Below, piece after piece: positions 35,860 to 45,345 of a stretch of DNA of 59,516 nucleotides. The stretch spans positions 2,553 to 62,068 of the forward strand of contig CAZYRN010000004.1 of the NCBI GenBank assembly GCA_964650185.1, given 5' to 3'. Below the pieces are notes generated by a model. The model did not search any database and had not been told where the DNA came from. It was given only the letters and a program-made list of their open reading frames with translations. Every line of letters begins with the position of its first letter. The stretch's first letter is position 1. The translations under genes were made by a program, and so were the position numbers. The stretch comes from an uncultured Pseudomonadales bacterium. Its GTDB lineage: Bacteria; Patescibacteriota; Microgenomatia; UBA1400; PJMF01.

Positions 35860-36429
35860 CTAATTTCTTTTTAAGTATAACTGATGTTCTTGAATGTAGG
35901 CCGCCACTGCTGGGTGCACTAGTTGAAAAATACTCTGACCCGTTTGAATTCGCTCACGAACATCGCTGGATGAGATCGCCACTTCTTCAACTTCAGTTAA
36001 AGGAGTCATATTTGACTGCAGCGGCGCCAGTGGATGACCAGTTCTGGGATAAATAAAGAATTGAAAATCTATTAAACGCGGATGGCCAGCCAAAAAATCA
36101 TCAAACCGATCTAAATACTCAGAGCCCATTAGCCAAGAAAAATCATGCTCTGGATATTTTTGCGAAAAATAAACTAAAGTTGGGTAAGTAAAACTAACCT
36201 CGCGAAATTCTTGAAGCTGAGTTTGCGACGGCAGCATTAACTTCACCATCTCCAGCCGCTGCTCGTATGGCACCATGTCCAACTTACCGTATCGGGCTTC
36301 CCAGGGGTGAATATAAACCGGCACATACCAAACCTGATCAACAAGCTGTTGGGCAATAATTTCTTCAGCTACCCGCTGATGTCCGAGATGAGGAGGATCA
36401 AAGGCTCCGCCAAAAAGGGCTATTTTCAT
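35860..36429 (-). CDS. nadD: NadD-like nicotinate-nucleotide adenylyltransferase
   Basis: LFGGAFDPPHLGH, R.EM, T..TL, WLMGS, ISSS.VR. Confidence 0.8.
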   Translation of the reverse strand: MKIALFGGAFDPPHLGHQRVAEEIIAQQLVDQVWYVPVYIHPWEARYGKLDMVPYEQRLEMVKLMLPSQTQLQEFREVSFTYPTLVYFSQKYPEHDFSWLMGSEYLDRFDDFLAGHPRLIDFQFFIYPRTGHPLAPLQSNMTPLTEVEEVAISSSDVRERIQTGQSIFQLVHPAVAAYIQEHQLYLKRN

Positions 36430-36435
36430 TCTTTC

Positions 36436-38667
36436 CTAAGATTTTTTAGCTTTCGTTTTTTTCGCGGCAGGCTTTTTGGCAGTTTTTTTAGCAGGTTTCT
36501 TAGCTGGTTTTTTGGCAGCAGCTTTTTTAGCTTTACCCTTGTTCTGACCGTTTTTCTCTTGGTAGCTTTTCTTGCGCTCAGCACGCTTTTTCTGATGAGC
36601 CGCCCACTCTTCAGGAGTGATGGTATCGCCTTTTTTAGGTTGCTGCCAACTCGCCCAATCACAGTCAGGATAGCGGGAACAGCCAAAAAATTTCTTGCCG
36701 TAACGGGTATTTTTAATGACTACCTCACCTTGGTGACATAATGGACAGTTCACATCAGCCACTTTTTCAACCAGGTTGTTGGTGTACTTACAGTCTGGAA
36801 AACGACTGCAGCTGATGAACTTGCCAAAACGGCCGGTTCTAATCACTAGCTCACCGCCTTCTTTGGCACCACATTCAGGACAAGCCTGGTTGAGTTTTTC
36901 GACAGGAATTTGTTTGCGCTCGGCTTTTTCAACTACCTGCCCAATTCTTTCCTCCAACGGTTGGTAAACTTTGTTCACGACTTGGCGCCACTCCAACTTG
37001 CCGAGCGCAATTTCATCCAAGTCCTCTTCCATCTCCGCGGTAAAGTCATAATCGGTAAAAACTGGGAAGTGTTCCAAGAGAAAATCACTCACCGTCATCC
37101 CGACCGCGGTGGGCTTAAACTTCTTATCTTCACGCTCCACATACGCCCGATCTTCCAAAACTGAGATGATACTGGCATAAGTACTGGGCCGACCAATACC
37201 TCGCTTCTCCAGCTCCTTCACCAACGAAGCATCGTTGTATCGAGGAGGCGGCTGAGTAAATTTTTGAGCAGAATTTAAATCTAAATAATTTACATCATCG
37301 CCGGTTTTCACATCTGGCAAGAACGTGTCTGAACCACTGGGGAATAACTTCATCCAGCCATCAAACTTCAAAATTGATCCTGCTGCTCTAACTGTGGCTG
37401 ATTGATGGGCTGCGCCCGATTTCATCTGGGCATTAACCACAATCGCTGTCTGATCATAAACAGCTTGTTTCATCTGACTGGCCACAAACCGCCGCCAAAT
37501 TAAATCGTAAAGCCGCTGATGCCGATCACCCAGCTTTGCTCCCTGAGCCGGCACAGCTGCTGCCTGCAAATTAACATTGGTCACCCGGATTGCTTCATGA
37601 GCTTCTTGGGCATTTTTTGATTTGCTGACAAAAACTCTCACTTTTTCCGGCACGTAAGCTGATCCATACTGCTGTCCAATATAAGCTCGCGCCATCTCAA
37701 TCGCTTGAGAGGAAAGATTGGTAGAGTCAGTTCGATGATAAGTTATTAAACCCTCTTCATAAAGCTGCTGAGCTAAAGTCATAGTTTGCTTGCTGGTAAA
37801 ACCCAATCGCGAAGCCGCATTCTGCTGTAAAGTAGAGGTTGTAAATGGCGGAAAACTCCAGCGGCGCCGCTCTTTCTTCTCCACTTCTTCCACTTGATAT
37901 GCAGCATCTTTTAATCCCGCCACCACTTCGGTAACATCTGCTGCCGTATGCGGCTCATACTTCTTTCCATCCACCGCTACCACTCGGCCAATGAAAACAT
38001 CCGCCGGCAGTTCTTCAAGTGGTTTACCATCCACAAATATTTCTTGTTTTTCAGAATCACCCGCTGCTAAAGCCACATCCAGTTCCCAATACTCTTCCGG
38101 AACAAAGGCTTCAATTTCTCTTTCCCGCTCCACGATCAACCGCAAGGCCGGTGTCTGCACCCGTCCAGCTGATAAACCGCGCCGGACTTTTTTCCATAAT
38201 ACTGGAGAAACTTTGTAACCCACCAAGCGGTCTAAAATTCGCCGAGCTTGCTGAGCATTGACTAGATCTAAGTTAATTTCACCTGGATTATCAATAGCTG
38301 CCTTAACGGCGCTTGAGGTAATTTCATAAAAAGTTGATCGAGAAAAATCCTGATCTTTTTTACCGGTTTTGCCGGTCGTAATCAGATGCTTCACATGCCA
38401 GGCAATCGCTTCTCCTTCGCGGTCAGGGTCCATCGCTAGATAAATTTTTTCAGCATCCTTAGCTAACTTCCGCAGCGCCGTCACTATCTTATTTTTGCCG
38501 GTAACAATTTCATAAGTTGGTTCAAAATTTTGCTCCACATCCACTCCCAATGTTTTCTTAGGCAGATCACGAACATGACCCACTGAGGCCTCAATTTTAA
38601 ACTCTTTCCCCAAGTAGGAAGCTAACTTGCGGGCTTTGGTTGGTGATTCAACAATGACTAACTTCAT
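36436..38667 (-). CDS. topA: DNA topoisomerase I with C-terminal Zn ribbons and Lys/Ala-rich tail
   Basis: VIVESPTKA, DPDREGE, SAGRVQ, LITYHRTDS, QEAHEAIR, GIGRPSTY; tail KKPAKKPAKK. Confidence 0.97.
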   Translation of the reverse strand: MKLVIVESPTKARKLASYLGKEFKIEASVGHVRDLPKKTLGVDVEQNFEPTYEIVTGKNKIVTALRKLAKDAEKIYLAMDPDREGEAIAWHVKHLITTGKTGKKDQDFSRSTFYEITSSAVKAAIDNPGEINLDLVNAQQARRILDRLVGYKVSPVLWKKVRRGLSAGRVQTPALRLIVEREREIEAFVPEEYWELDVALAAGDSEKQEIFVDGKPLEELPADVFIGRVVAVDGKKYEPHTAADVTEVVAGLKDAAYQVEEVEKKERRRWSFPPFTTSTLQQNAASRLGFTSKQTMTLAQQLYEEGLITYHRTDSTNLSSQAIEMARAYIGQQYGSAYVPEKVRVFVSKSKNAQEAHEAIRVTNVNLQAAAVPAQGAKLGDRHQRLYDLIWRRFVASQMKQAVYDQTAIVVNAQMKSGAAHQSATVRAAGSILKFDGWMKLFPSGSDTFLPDVKTGDDVNYLDLNSAQKFTQPPPRYNDASLVKELEKRGIGRPSTYASIISVLEDRAYVEREDKKFKPTAVGMTVSDFLLEHFPVFTDYDFTAEMEEDLDEIALGKLEWRQVVNKVYQPLEERIGQVVEKAERKQIPVEKLNQACPECGAKEGGELVIRTGRFGKFISCSRFPDCKYTNNLVEKVADVNCPLCHQGEVVIKNTRYGKKFFGCSRYPDCDWASWQQPKKGDTITPEEWAAHQKKRAERKKSYQEKNGQNKGKAKKAAAKKPAKKPAKKTAKKPAAKKTKAKKS

Positions 38668-38739
38668 AAGCTTGCATTGTACACTATTCTTTTTCTACCG
38701 TTAGGAACGCTTCACTGACCTACTAATTTTTATCAGCAA

Positions 38740-39900
38740 CTATCGCCTCACCTGCCAGTCAAAACCCTCTCGGCTAATGAAACCGTTTAGCTCCAGCTCT
38801 GACAAAATTCCCTGCAGTTGGTTAATTGGTAACGCTAAAGCATCTGCCAGCTCATCACTAGTTTGCGAGTGAGTCTGGAGCTGATGGTAAACCTGCCGCT
38901 GCCAGTCATCAGCTAGTTTAAGCTGTGCTGGATTAGGCTGTCCTAATTCTGGCCGCTGGTCACTTTCCATCCCACTCGCTTCTGCCCAGCTCAAGATGCC
39001 GGCTTCTTCTAAAATTTCTCGAGCAGTGCTGACTAATCGAGCACCCTGATTGATTAAGCTTTTCGTCCCTTCACTATAAGGACTAAAGATCGAACCTGGT
39101 ACAGCACACACTCCCCGGCCATACTCTCCAGCCAAACGAGCAGTGATATGACTGCCGCTGTCACTAGCTGCTTCAATAACCACTGTCGCTAATGACATTC
39201 CAGCCACAATTCGATTTCGCTCGGGGAAATTGCCCCGATGAGCTCCTACCCACGGCGGATACTCGGAGAGAAAACACTGCTTTTGGGCTATCATTTTTTC
39301 AAAAAGTGACTGTTGTGATGCCGGAAATATCTCCTCAAAACCAAAACCCAACACGCCCACCGTTTTCCCTTCCGCTGCCATCGCCGCTGTCTGTGCGGTC
39401 ACATCCACTCCATACATAAATCCTGAAATAATCGTACATTGATGAGCTATTAAAGCAGGTACTAACCACTCAATTACCGCCCGTCCATAACCCGAAATTT
39501 GCCTCGTCCCTACTACTGCAATTGGCCGCTCCAACTGCCCAATTAGCCGTCCTTTCACATACAAAATTGGTGGCTTATCATCAATGTTTTTCAGTAATTT
39601 TGGATAATTATTATCTTCAGGGCTGATCAACTGGATCTTTTGCTCCCTCAGCCACCCAAAATAACTTTCGGGTGTCCAGTTTTTTTTAAACAGCCGCAAC
39701 GCCGCTTGCTGTTTGAAATTTAAGCCGGAAATTTCCCAAATTTGAGCTGGTTGCTGTCGCCAAAATTCTGCTAAACTCACCTGCAATTCCTGACAACATC
39801 GTTGAATTTTAGCCAAACTAGCCCTGCCGATACCCTGCACCGCCAGCAGAGCCGCTACATAAGCTTTTTCAGCTTCTTTTTTGCTTAAAGGCAGACTCAT
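38740..39900 (-). CDS. dprA: DNA-processing protein DprA
   Basis: YP.LL..I.D.P..LYVKG, AVVGTR, ISG..YGVD, FPERNRIVAGMS, SGS.ITA, VPGSI; C-terminal winged helix. Confidence 0.95.
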   Translation of the reverse strand: MSLPLSKKEAEKAYVAALLAVQGIGRASLAKIQRCCQELQVSLAEFWRQQPAQIWEISGLNFKQQAALRLFKKNWTPESYFGWLREQKIQLISPEDNNYPKLLKNIDDKPPILYVKGRLIGQLERPIAVVGTRQISGYGRAVIEWLVPALIAHQCTIISGFMYGVDVTAQTAAMAAEGKTVGVLGFGFEEIFPASQQSLFEKMIAQKQCFLSEYPPWVGAHRGNFPERNRIVAGMSLATVVIEAASDSGSHITARLAGEYGRGVCAVPGSIFSPYSEGTKSLINQGARLVSTAREILEEAGILSWAEASGMESDQRPELGQPNPAQLKLADDWQRQVYHQLQTHSQTSDELADALALPINQLQGILSELELNGFISREGFDWQVRR

Positions 39901-39991
39901 GTCGTCACTAAACCACGTTATGGTGACACCAAGTGTAATGTCGTGAGCATTATCTGCAATTTATGGTGAATTTTGCTGTTCGTAACTGAAT

Positions 39992-41908
39992 TTATCGGAA
40001 AATTGACTCGAGGATTTTCGCTACCACTGGTCCAGAGTCATAGGAACCTTCCCGGAACTCCTTCTCTTCATCACTCTCCACCAACACAGTGATTACCAGC
40101 TCATCAGGTATGCCATGTTCACTAACTTGACCTAACCAGCGCTGATAGGAAGCTGAGCCAGTGGCAGTCAGTTCATTATTATCAACCCCCTCATCAACCA
40201 CTTCACCAACCACTTCACCCTCAGTTTCCCCAAATACAGTCGCCGAATTACTGGCTATCAAACTGGCCTTTTGTTTAATTGGCAGCGTGCCGACAATTGC
40301 TGTCAGCCAACCGTGCGTCTTGCGGTAACCCCGCTCATCTGCTCCGCCAAACTCAGCCGTGCCCGTTTTACAGGCTACAGCGCCCTCTTGAATTTCCAGC
40401 TGAGGAGTTTTATCTTCAGCCCCTGTTCGATACTGCTGGTTATGTTCAAATAAAGGAAAGGCAGTTCCTCCTGCCGAGCACACATCCAGCATACCCGCTA
40501 AAACCAACTCAAGATGATCCTCTTGGATACTTAAACCCCGGCACTCGTAACTCGGCTGCTTTAACAAGGTTGGCTGACAACGCTGTCCATGCCCAGCTAG
40601 AGATTGGGTCATTTGAGACATCTGTAGTGGTGTTACCAACACATCTCCCTGACCGATGCCCATATGGTAGGTGTTACCCAAATACCAAGGTTCCCCCACC
40701 ACTCTTTCTTTCCACTCTGGATTTGGCACCACTCCCTTCGCCTCGTGGCCCAGCTCAATTCCTGTTAATTCACCTAGTCCAAACAGCTGGGCAAATTCTG
40801 CTAAGCGGTTTGGACCCAGCCACTCCGCCGCCTTATAAAAGAAAATGTCATTACTGCGGGCAATTGCTCTTCTGAGTCCAATCTCACCATCGGTACCACC
40901 TAATTGAGTGTAGTACCAGTTAGCATACTCATAATCTCCCACCTTCAAAACGCCTTCATCAATCACCGTGGTGCTAGTATCAACCACCCCACTTTCCAAG
41001 CTACCAACTGCAGTAATCAACTTGAAAATTGAGCCGGGAGGATAGACGCCGCCCACGGCCCGATTGAAAAATACTTGCAGCGGGTCATCAAAGTATGCTT
41101 GAACTTGCTGCTGCCGCTGTTGTTCTAAGACCGTATCTAAGTAGCGCTGACTAAGGAAATTAGCATTAAAAGTCGGACTGCTAACCAAACTTAAAATCTC
41201 ACCAGTTTGGCCACTTTCAATAATGACTACTCCCCGCAAATTACCTAAAGCCTTTAAAGACAACTCGGCTAAATATGGATCAAGCGTCGTTTCAATGTTT
41301 AGACCAGGCACACCTGGCTCACTGGACACCAACCGCTGTTTGCGCCCCATAGCATTAATTTCAAAAACTTCTTTACCCGCTCTGCCTCGGAGAATTTCAT
41401 CAAACTTCTGCTCCAAACCATACTTGCCGATTTGATCAGAAACTACCAGGTTTTTTTCGCGCAGCAGGTCATCGGCTGTCACTGGACCAACATAACCTAA
41501 GGTATGCGCCAACTCATTAGGAAACAGGTAATGACGCTGGACTCCATATTGAACTTGAGCCGGCTGCGTCGCAATTAATTCCAACGCTTCTTCTCGAGAT
41601 ACAGGCGCTATTTCAGGGTGTGCAGCCTGAGGATCAGTCACCGCATAATAAAGCCGCTGATTGTGAACCAGCGGTTCACCATATCGATCTAAAAAGACCC
41701 CTCTTTCGGGCGGAATTCTGACTGAAAAGAAACGATTATCGTCAGCTTGCTTCTTAAACTCAACCCCTCTAATAATTTGTACATCAACTAGCCTAACCAA
41801 AAGCAAGCTTAACACCGCCATAATCGCAGTCGCAATTAAAAAAAGACGCTGCCGATGCTGCTGCTGAAGCCGCTGAGCTGGCTGGGTGTAAGACCTTTTT
41901 TTAATCAT
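39992..41908 (-). CDS. mrdA: Penicillin-binding protein 2 (class B transpeptidase)
   Basis: TM, RG..LDR, G..GLE, PGSIFK (SxxK), SND, KTGTAE; last gene of the mre operon. Confidence 0.9.
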   Translation of the reverse strand: MIKKRSYTQPAQRLQQQHRQRLFLIATAIMAVLSLLLVRLVDVQIIRGVEFKKQADDNRFFSVRIPPERGVFLDRYGEPLVHNQRLYYAVTDPQAAHPEIAPVSREEALELIATQPAQVQYGVQRHYLFPNELAHTLGYVGPVTADDLLREKNLVVSDQIGKYGLEQKFDEILRGRAGKEVFEINAMGRKQRLVSSEPGVPGLNIETTLDPYLAELSLKALGNLRGVVIIESGQTGEILSLVSSPTFNANFLSQRYLDTVLEQQRQQQVQAYFDDPLQVFFNRAVGGVYPPGSIFKLITAVGSLESGVVDTSTTVIDEGVLKVGDYEYANWYYTQLGGTDGEIGLRRAIARSNDIFFYKAAEWLGPNRLAEFAQLFGLGELTGIELGHEAKGVVPNPEWKERVVGEPWYLGNTYHMGIGQGDVLVTPLQMSQMTQSLAGHGQRCQPTLLKQPSYECRGLSIQEDHLELVLAGMLDVCSAGGTAFPLFEHNQQYRTGAEDKTPQLEIQEGAVACKTGTAEFGGADERGYRKTHGWLTAIVGTLPIKQKASLIASNSATVFGETEGEVVGEVVDEGVDNNELTATGSASYQRWLGQVSEHGIPDELVITVLVESDEEKEFREGSYDSGPVVAKILESIFR

Positions 41909-41930
41909 ATTTTTTAATCATTTGGAAAAT

Positions 41931-42380
41931 TTAAGATCGCCACCGGACACTAGTTCGTTGAGATTTAATCTGAAAATAACGCTGTCCTTTAACAATTATT
42001 ATAACCAGCCCCATCACTAGCAAAATATAAATGACATCTTGAAGGCGAAGTTGGTGAAAAATTAACAAGCCACTGCTCAAGCCACTGATTAGACCTAAAA
42101 TAACTAATCTTAATAAGGTACTGGGTAGCAGCTCGGTGCCAAAAAAGAACCAAGCATAACCTAGTACTACTAATAAGGTTGCTCCTACCCAAGTTAAGGC
42201 AAAAATACTGGCCGTTAACCAGACTAATAAGGCTAACAAGATTAACTTCGGCACCAGCTCGGCATCAGCAGTAATAAAAATACCGATGACAATCAGTAAG
42301 GCCGGCAAACCAATGACTCGTTCTAAAGCCGCCAAAATAAATAAGCCGAGAATTTTTAAAATTAAATGGAGATAATTCAT
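41931..42380 (-). CDS. Polytopic membrane protein at the MreD position
   Basis: About 5 TM helices; sits between mreC and PBP2 with overlapping junction. Confidence 0.6.
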   Translation of the reverse strand: MNYLHLILKILGLFILAALERVIGLPALLIVIGIFITADAELVPKLILLALLVWLTASIFALTWVGATLLVVLGYAWFFFGTELLPSTLLRLVILGLISGLSSGLLIFHQLRLQDVIYILLVMGLVIIIVKGQRYFQIKSQRTSVRWRS

Positions 42381-43159
42381 GGGATCACCTCCACAATGGC
42401 TAACTCATAAAAACTAACCAGTTGTTCTACCACCACCGTTTGTGAAGCCGCTGCTTGATTAGAGACGACCTGCCCCACCGTCCCAATAAAGATATTGGCT
42501 GGAATCTGGGCTTGGCCAACAGTCATCACTCTTTCACCTGACTTCAACTCAGTATCTACCGGCAGCTCCGTCAGCAAAATTTTTCGGGCATCTCCAGTAA
42601 TTAAACCAGTAGCTCCTGATTCAGTTTTAGCTAAAATGGTCGGCTGGCGAAGCTGACTTAATAAAGTCACTGTCGATTGGTGACTGGAAACAGTGTCAAC
42701 TAAACCCAGCAGCACTCCATTAGCGATGACCGGCGCTCCTGAGATCACTCCTTCCGCAGTCCCCAGACTTAAACTCGGATGGCCATAAGATACGATGGGC
42801 GTCGCAATTAATGACGGCAGCTGTTTTTCTTGGGCAGATAAAATTTCTCTCAGCACCTCATTTTCTCGCTCAAGTTCCTCAAGCTGAGTAATTTTGGCTA
42901 AAGCCTGACTGTACTCTAGTTCTAGCTGTTGAACTCGGCGCGCGGCCTTATAACTCTGCCGCAAATAGTGAACAGGCGCTAAAATTTCATGAGCTGCCTT
43001 CATACCCACCTCAGTCACCGGCCGCGCTAATCTCTCCCCAACTGCAATCGCTGTGTTAGCTACTCCCAACCACTGCAAGCCAAGAAAGACCGCGGTAAAA
43101 ACTGCTACCGCGATGACTTCCCGATACTGGTCTCGTCGATACCAAGGTAAAAATGTCAT
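42377..43159 (-). CDS. mreC: Rod shape-determining protein MreC
   Basis: TM, coiled-coil ELERENEVLRE, G...GV..GAPV....VLLG.V, V.T.G.....P..I.IG.V. Confidence 0.85.
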   Translation of the reverse strand: MTFLPWYRRDQYREVIAVAVFTAVFLGLQWLGVANTAIAVGERLARPVTEVGMKAAHEILAPVHYLRQSYKAARRVQQLELEYSQALAKITQLEELERENEVLREILSAQEKQLPSLIATPIVSYGHPSLSLGTAEGVISGAPVIANGVLLGLVDTVSSHQSTVTLLSQLRQPTILAKTESGATGLITGDARKILLTELPVDTELKSGERVMTVGQAQIPANIFIGTVGQVVSNQAAASQTVVVEQLVSFYELAIVEVIP

Positions 43160-44169
43160 ATCATGCTTTTCACCACGTCCAAATCTGGTGAAGATGCTAC
43201 TAAAACTTGAGTTTGCAGCTCATTTTCCAGCATGGCTGCCAAGCCTGCCAACTGCGCAACTCCGCCCGTTAAATAGATGCCTTGTTCTAAAGCCTGAGTG
43301 ACTAATTCTGCCGGACTCATGATTAAAACGCCGCTAATCTCTGATGAAAGTTTTTTGGCTAACTCATAAAATTTCAGAGCAAACACTGCCGCTTCCACGC
43401 GAATGGTCATCATCGTGCCAGTTTTAGTGTTTTTACCCCGCACTGTCATCTTGCCCAGTTTTGCCGCCGCCTGATCACTAACCACTCCGATTTGTTCCTG
43501 AATTTTTTGGGCAGTTTCAAATCCAATTTCACAACCATAGGCTTGCTTAACTTCATCCATAATCACTCGAGTAAAGTCATCCCCCTTCACCGAATGGAGT
43601 GTTTTTTGCACTATGATTTCTTGTCCTGTTAATAAGCCCAGCTCAACTGTCTGCGCCCCTAAATCTAAGACCATATGGGAATTTTTCAGTCGATTAAGTC
43701 GCGGTAAATTGCTTAATGCCGCAATCTTTTTCACCATCGTCACCTGACAGCCTAAGTTTGTCAAAATTCTTTTTAACTGATTTTGCTCTACCGGCGTCAC
43801 TCCGGCTGGCACTGCTACTTTACAGCGCGGTCTGATCACGTTAATCACTCCCTGCTGATGAAATGCCTGATTAAAAACTGCTTCTAAAAAGAGGGTCATC
43901 ATTTCTAAGTCAGCCACCACGCCCTCTTGAATGGGTTGGATCACCACTACTCGTGCGGGAGTTTTACCCCGCAGCTGTCTGGCTTGATCGCCCACAGCTA
44001 CCACCGCCTCCATCTCTTCATTCCAGGCTAAAGCTGTGGCTTGATTCCACACCACTTCCCCATTCACCGTCACTCGCGTCATTTGTGAACCAAAATCAAG
44101 AGTAACCTGAGGTTGCGCGGTCCTAACTACTGAGGTCAACTGATGGAAAATACTACCGATTCGGCTCAT
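43156..44169 (-). CDS. mreB: Divergent MreB-like actin homolog
   Basis: DFGS, AVG..A..L.GKTP, PI..GVVAD, VPAGVT.VE, GDDF, LTGG.A.L.GL; first gene of the mreBCD-PBP2 operon. Confidence 0.8.
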   Translation of the reverse strand: MSRIGSIFHQLTSVVRTAQPQVTLDFGSQMTRVTVNGEVVWNQATALAWNEEMEAVVAVGDQARQLRGKTPARVVVIQPIQEGVVADLEMMTLFLEAVFNQAFHQQGVINVIRPRCKVAVPAGVTPVEQNQLKRILTNLGCQVTMVKKIAALSNLPRLNRLKNSHMVLDLGAQTVELGLLTGQEIIVQKTLHSVKGDDFTRVIMDEVKQAYGCEIGFETAQKIQEQIGVVSDQAAAKLGKMTVRGKNTKTGTMMTIRVEAAVFALKFYELAKKLSSEISGVLIMSPAELVTQALEQGIYLTGGVAQLAGLAAMLENELQTQVLVASSPDLDVVKSMI

Positions 44170-44199
44170 GGGTTGAGTGTAACATAGCCAACCGAAAAT

Positions 44200-45198
44200 T
44201 TAGAGTGAGTTCATCAGCTCAGCAGCCTTCCGCCACTGACTTTGATTAATCAGCTCTTCAGCCTCGTTCAGCTTAGCAATTTCTTCTGGCTTGTCGGCGA
44301 AGAACTCTTTCATCCCCGCCACCCGCTCCCGAACCAAATCGCCCTTGAGCTCCATGGCTTTTTCCAACATGATTTCTTCTAAATCTGGAATTAATTTTTC
44401 CAGATATACAATCATCTCTTCCTGAACAGCTTCGTTATCTCCTTTATTCATAATCTTTTCCAGCTCAGCCATCTCAGCGTCAGTTATGAGCAGTTCCACA
44501 TCACTCTCAATGAAATCTTCCCAAATGACCTGCTGCAGCTCATCTAAAAACTGTTCTTTCTCATCATCTTGAGCCTCGTGAACTCCCAGCAAGAAAAAGA
44601 TGTTTTGATCTTTAAGTTCTTGCGATTCTTTGGCTGGCTGAGGTTCGGTGACTGACTTAGGGGCTGGGGCTGGCTTGGGCTCAGCAACTGGCTTGGGCGC
44701 TGGGGCTGGTACCTTTGGCTTAGTCGGCATAGCCGGCATGGCTGGCTTGTCTGATACAGCTGGTACATCTGGCAACTCTGGAATAGCTGGCAGCTCAGGA
44801 GCATCAGGAGCTGCGGGTACAGCGGGGACATCCGGCATCAATGGAGGTGCTGGCGGTGTCTGAACACTCGGCGCGCTGGGTGGAGTTGGCAAAGTGGACG
44901 GTGTGGGCGGCATAGGCGCACTCGGCGGAGTTGGCACACTCGGTGGTGTGGGTGCACTCGGTGGTGTGGGCACACTCGGCGGAGTTGGCATAGTAGGTCT
45001 AGCTGGCGATGTCGGCGGCATTGATGGAGCCAGTGGAGCTTGACCACCAGGCCTTGACTGGTCGCTGGGAGAAGTCGGTGGAACCGTCGGACTTGACGGA
45101 GTTGGTGGAGCCGGCGGAGTTGGTGGCTGATAATCATCCACGTATGAACTCTGCGACTGGTTTTGTGCTTGATCTTGGGCAGGTTTTTGATCGGTCAT
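44200..45198 (-). CDS. Proline-rich protein with acidic helical C-terminal domain
   Basis: ATG 45198 with SD AAAAGGA; ~180-aa P-rich tract (PSVPTP/PSAPTP, PAVP, PKP repeats); C-terminal QNIFFLLGV...LEKLIPDLEEIM. Confidence 0.75.
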   Translation of the reverse strand: MTDQKPAQDQAQNQSQSSYVDDYQPPTPPAPPTPSSPTVPPTSPSDQSRPGGQAPLAPSMPPTSPARPTMPTPPSVPTPPSAPTPPSVPTPPSAPMPPTPSTLPTPPSAPSVQTPPAPPLMPDVPAVPAAPDAPELPAIPELPDVPAVSDKPAMPAMPTKPKVPAPAPKPVAEPKPAPAPKSVTEPQPAKESQELKDQNIFFLLGVHEAQDDEKEQFLDELQQVIWEDFIESDVELLITDAEMAELEKIMNKGDNEAVQEEMIVYLEKLIPDLEEIMLEKAMELKGDLVRERVAGMKEFFADKPEEIAKLNEAEELINQSQWRKAAELMNSL

Positions 45199-45345
45199 TA
45201 ATTCCTTTTCCTTTTTCAATAACAGTTCACTACTAATAGTAGTGAGTAACAGCAATATACCAAGTATGACAGTCTATTGGGAACACGAACATTCACCGAA
45301 CTAACTACTGAAATCTAGGCTTCAATCCTTTCAGCCTGTATACTA

